Shown: in pieces, positions 59,150 through 64,000 of the stretch
Position numbering within the stretch: the stretch's first letter is position 1
How the letters are laid out: each line of letters opens with the position of its first letter
Program-made: the position numbers and the translations under genes
Notes under the pieces: model-generated
Told to the model about the DNA's origin: nothing
Seen by the model: the letters and a program-made list of their open reading frames with translations, nothing else
Database searches by the model: none
Origin: Ranitomeya imitator
Lineage: Eukaryota
Length of the DNA stretch: 64,000 nucleotides
Reading direction: 5' to 3'
Assembly: GCF_032444005.1 (NCBI RefSeq)
Contig: NC_091282.1
Span: forward strand, 663,462,001-663,526,000

Positions 59150-61690
59150 GAGAATATCCCTACTGACACCCGCCAACCAGCAGCCTCCAAGCTCCTGGCC
59201 CTTACTTCATCCTTTGGACTTACTCAGTGGTCCTTCACAGCCACCCACACAGACGGACATACATTAGACCTCATCTTCACCCACCTCTGTTACTTATCTA
59301 ATCTCATAACCTCTCCCTTCCCCCTATCTGACCACCATCTACTCGCCTTCTCATCCTTGTCCTCCTCACCTGCCCCCCATGTCCATCCATTACCACATCC
59401 TCGCAGAAACCTCGCACACCTAGACATTCACAGACTCTCAGACTCTCTCCTACCCCTGTCCTCCATATCTTCACTCCACGACACGGACAGTGCCACTGCT
59501 TTCTATAACTCCACCCTCACATCAGCCATAGACTCAGTCGCCCCTCTCATGCGTGGCACAGTGCGACGAACCAATAGGCAACCTTGGCACAAAAATCTCA
59601 CAAAAAAACTTCGACAAGCATCCAGGGTTGCGAAGCGGCGTTGGAAGAAAACACGCCTGCCAGACGACTTCACTACTTTCAAACAAGCTACATTTGACTT
59701 CAAATTTGCCCTCACCTCCGGTAAACAGACCTATTTCACTAGCCTTGTATCTTCACTATCCTACAACCCAAAACAACTATTCAGCACATTTACCTCCCAC
59801 CACTGCCACCTCCAACTCCCCTCATCTCCTCCGAGGACTTTGCCACCTATTTCAAAAACAAGGCTAACCTTTACAGTTCCATCACCCCAAACACTCCATA
59901 TACCAGACCTCTGCCCTTGCCTAATAACCTCCCTCTCCAACATCACTGAAGGAGAGCTTACTCACCTCTTTTCCAAATCGCACCTCACCACCTGTGCACT
60001 TAACCCCATCCCCTCCCACCTGCTCCCCAACCTCACTAACATGCTCATTCCAGCCCTAACCCATCTCTTCAACCTATCGCTATCTTCTGGTACCTTCCCC
60101 TCGGCCTCAAACATGCCACCATCACACCCATCCTCAAAAAAACTAACCTTGATCCAACTGCAATGCCCAGCTACCGCCCCATTTCATTGCTCCTGTTTGC
60201 TTCAAAACTCCTTGAGCAGCATGTCCATGCTCAAATTTGCTCCCACCTCTCATCTAACTCTCTCATTGACAACCTCCAATCTGGCTTCCGCCCCCACCAC
60301 TCCACCGAAACTGCCCTGACAAAAATTACTAATGACTTACTCACAGCCATAGCTAACAGACAGTTCTCCATCCTCCTCCTTCTTGACCTGTCCTCTGCTT
60401 TCGACACAGTCGATCACTGCCTACTGCTACAGATTCTTTCTTCCCTTGGCATCAAAGACCTTGCCCTGCGTTTCCCGCTCCCACACCACCTCCTCATCCC
60501 ACCCTCTCTCTGTTGGAGTCCCTCAGGGCTCTGTCCTAGGGCCCCTACTTTTTTCCATCTATACTCTCGGCCTAGGACAACTCAAAGTCCCACGGCTTCC
60601 AGTACCACCTGTATGCAGACGACACTCAGATCTACCTCTCTGGCCCAGATGCCACCTCTCTGCTGTCCAGAATCCCGAAGTGTCTGTCAGCCATATCCTC
60701 CTTCTTCTCCTCTCGCTTCCTAAAACTCAATGTAGACAAAACCGAACTTATCATCTTTCCCCCATCTCACGTATCCCCCCTATTTGACCTATCTATTATG
60801 GTAAACGGCATCACGCTCTCTCCCGCACCTGAAATCCGCTGCCTCGGGGTAACTCTCGTCTCTGCCCTGTCCTTCAAACCGCACGTCCAAACTCTTGCTA
60901 CCTCCTGTTGCCTCCAACTCAAAAATATTGCCAGAATCCGTTCCTTCCTCAGCCCACAATCTACCAAAACTCTTGTGCATGCCCTCATTATCTCCTGCCT
61001 CGACTAATGCAACACCCTCCTCTGTGGCCTCCCCGCTAACTCTCTTGCACCACTCCAGTCTGTCCTCAACTCTGCTGCCCGGCTAATCCACCTCTCTCCT
61101 CGCTACTCCCCTGCTTCTCCCCTCTGCAAATCCCTCCACTGGCTCCCAATTCCCCAACGAATCCAGTTCAAACTACTAACACTGATCTACAAAGCCATCC
61201 ACAACCTGTCCCTCCCTATATCTCTGAACTAATCTCCCAATATCTTCCCTCACGTAATCTCCGATCCTCCCAAGACCTCCTACTCTCCTCCACACTTATT
61301 CGTTCCTCACACAACCGCCTCCAAGATTTCTCCCGAATATCCCCCATCCTCTGGAATTCCATGCCTCAACACATCCGACTATCTACCACCCTCGGCTCCT
61401 TCAGACGGAACCTGAAAACCCATCTTTTCAAGAAAGCCTACAGCCTGCAATAACCATTCTGCCGCCTCTCCATCACCAGAGCCGCCGCCTCGCCCCTACC
61501 TTCTGTCTCTTCCCCACTATCCCATAGAATGTAAGTCCGCAAGGACAGGGTCCTCTCCCCTCTGTACCAGTCTGTCACTGTAAATTTGTTTACTGTAAAT
61601 GATATCTATAACTCTGTATGTAACCCCTTTCTCATGTACAGCACCATGGAATTAATGGTGCTATATAAATAATAATAATAATAATAATAA
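59150..61690 (+). mobile_element. 5'-truncated L2 LINE (ORF2 endonuclease end plus RT, frameshifted) with (AAT)n tail
   Basis: GHTLDLIF..PLSDHHL; SKSHLTTCALNPIPSHLL; YRPISLL..LQSGFRPHHSTETAL; [13 protein letters not shown]; YADDTQIY; 3' GGTGCTATATAAAT(AAT)n. Confidence 0.93.
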
Positions 61691-63051
61691 CATAGAGCAC
61701 ATTAAGGAATATTGCATTTGTAGAGGATAACCTTGCTGGAAATCATGTTTTCTTGTAAAATCTGTACAATTTGGCAACTTGGAATTTTGGCCAAATTCGA
61801 TCATTTCTAGTCTACTGTTATTAGTTAATGTTTTTTTTTTTTGTTCTTTGCAATTAGGTTAAGTATGTTAGTGCTTTTATTCCCCTGTACTAGGCACTGC
61901 TTATATTTCATATGTGTGTTACATATATATGTTACATATATTATTATATCATGTATTATATATTTTACCTCCATAATGTTGTTTCTACGAAGTGATGTGG
62001 TCTATTTCCAATGTGAGACTCTTTTAAATCCCGTCTTCTGCAATTTTCTAAAGATTAAATATTTATTTTTGTAATTGGTTCACTGGGGGTGATTTTTTTT
62101 GTCATGAATACTCCAGACCAGCAAACTGCACTCAACTTCTGCTCTTACAGAGAAGTGGCTACATTTACTGATTAATCATTCATCAAGAGCCCTTGCTACT
62201 ACTTACCCTCTAAATTCCTATGGAAGCAGTATGAGTGTACTTAATTTTTCACATACTACTACTGCATTTTGGTGTTTGGTAAATAAATGACACCAGGCAA
62301 TTTGTCATTTATTGTTGTTCATTGAATATTGAATTTATCTAATTTTAAGAACTTTTAAGGACCAGATTTTTTTGTTTTTTCTGATATATAAAATTTTTTT
62401 TTGAAGATGTCTTTGTATATGTTATGGGGACTTGGCTATGTAGGTCTATCACTTTGCAAGGTACTAAGTAGCAGACAGGTTATTATGACTTTTTGACAGA
62501 AAATGGAAAATAGTGGTGACTGGTTATTTCTGTATTTTTGCAAAAAACTACACAACCTAATTACTAGACGTTTTGCGAAATTTAGTAATTTTCAGAAAAA
62601 AAATAAACTAAAGTCAACTAAACTTGTGTAAGAGAAGGAAAGATTAAGCAATTAAAAAAGTGCTGATATGAGTCTCGTGACGTCTGCCATTCGTAGTCTT
62701 TTGATTTCTCCACATTGCAAAATACTCTTTTTTCAGTGTACTTTTGAAATTGTTGTAAATTTCAAAGATATTTTTTCGTTTCAATTTTTCATATGTCAGC
62801 AAATGGGGGCTGTGATTCAGTCAAAACTTGTGAGATACATGTCTACTTCAATACTCTATTTTGAAATAATGAGGTACGAGGCTGGAAAAAGGTCTCATGG
62901 TGTCTGAAGGATGGTTTTAGTATGAATCCCCTGAACTTTTGTCTTGAAGTTCGGTATGAATGCTGTAATGCTGAAGGAAAGCGGTTGTTATCTCCTACCA
63001 CCTACAGAACTAGCAGCAGATTGGACACACTGTCCAATTGACTTTACACAA

Positions 63052-63245
63052 CCACGTTCACACGTTCATATTTGGTCAGTATTTTACATCAGTATTTGTC
63101 AGCCAACCCAGGAGTGGTTGAAAAAATGCAGAAGTGGTAACGTGTTTCTGTGATACTTTTCATCCGTTTGTTCCACTCCTGCTTTCGACTTACAAACACT
63201 GATATACTGATTTAAAATACTGACCAAATACTGAATGTGGCCTAA
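63052..63245. mobile_element. Degenerate palindromic MITE (Harbinger-like)
   Basis: ATTTGGTCAGTATTTTACATCAGTATTTGT is inverted as ACAAACACTGAT..TAAAATACTGACCAAAT. Confidence 0.55.
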
Positions 63246-63412
63246 GAAGAAATAGAAAAGGCAGAGCTTCCATTTTTGTAGTCCATAAATAACATCTACT
63301 TATTAATGGTTCCTTAAACAGCTGCCTACTTTGCCTACCATTTTTCCTGGCTCTGAAAAATATGCTGTTTTAGAGGGAATCTATCACCAGAAAAATGCTA
63401 TTGACCTGCATG

Positions 63413-64000
63413 TGCGGCGCCCCAGGGTCCTGGTCGTCGCAGTGGTATTGCTTTCCTCTCGGGGAGAGTGATGCTACGTTTGGAGGCAGGGAAGGATAAC
63501 TGCATCCAGGTGTCACAAACATGCAACACACATTTACACTTCAGGCCACCAGGGGAGCTTCTGCTCCTATTTATTAGGTCACTCCCCACATATATGTAAC
63601 TAATAGTCTGTAGGGAAAGTTAGTCAGTTCCAGACAGGAGTTCAGTTCCTTGCAGAGCTCCAGACAGGAGTTCTGTTAGTTCCAGACCAGAGTCTGAGGA
63701 GGACAGAGGGTCAAAGGAGCTGTGCATGCCCTCAGAGCTGCAGCTCCCAGAAAGAGACATTGAAAGGCAGAATTGCAGCGAGCGTGAAGGAAGTCGAAAG
63801 CAAAGGAGAGGATACCAGAAGGGGACCAGCCCCGCTCAAGCTGTCTCCTTCTGAGGTGCAAAATCCCAGTAGCCGGAACACCGAGGGAGTAAGGACCTCT
63901 ACGCCTTATTTTAGACAGCGGCAGGACCGCTAATTGCAGGTTACCTGTCCGCACCTACACCCAGAAGGCACGGTGACACCTACAGAGCCGGGTTATCTAA
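63413..64000 (+). mobile_element. LTR running off the window end
   Basis: TGCGGCGCCCC start and an interior resembling the 56855-57662 LTR type; the right end is not in the window. Confidence 0.55.

Overview
This is vertebrate genomic DNA, most likely from a frog (inferred from the repeat families). It is made almost entirely of nested transposable elements, and I could not confidently identify a host gene, RNA gene or CRISPR array. Main elements: (1) A 14.4-kb decayed hAT transposon (122-14512, 8-bp TSD) contains a young 7.0-kb class I (gamma/epsilon-like) endogenous retrovirus on the minus strand (5944-12968). The provirus has 403-bp LTRs differing at about 3 sites, a tRNA-Lys3 PBS, an intact 1183-aa pol, a gag with one nonsense codon and an internally deleted env. 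Its Gag carries a PPPY motif, a PAM2-like motif and a FUS-like RanBP2 zinc finger, which is the most novel-looking signal here. (2) A Tc1 remnant. (3) A decayed L2 LINE interrupted by two inverted-repeat inserts with long TSDs; one is a ~540-bp-arm palindrome with degenerate hammerhead motifs and a hAT MITE at its centre. (4) A non-autonomous Helitron carrying a 2.1-kb minisatellite, which explains the long Cys/His/Pro ORFs. (5) A canonical minimal hammerhead ribozyme inside a fragment flanked by a 387-bp duplication. (6) A Tf1/sushi chromovirus with a self-priming signature, nested in a TTAA element and itself hit by a hAT MITE. (7) A second Gypsy element one nonsense codon away from an intact gag-pol. 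(8) Solo LTRs, CR1/L2 fragments and MITEs. All calls come from reading the sequence and the ORF track; no database search was run.
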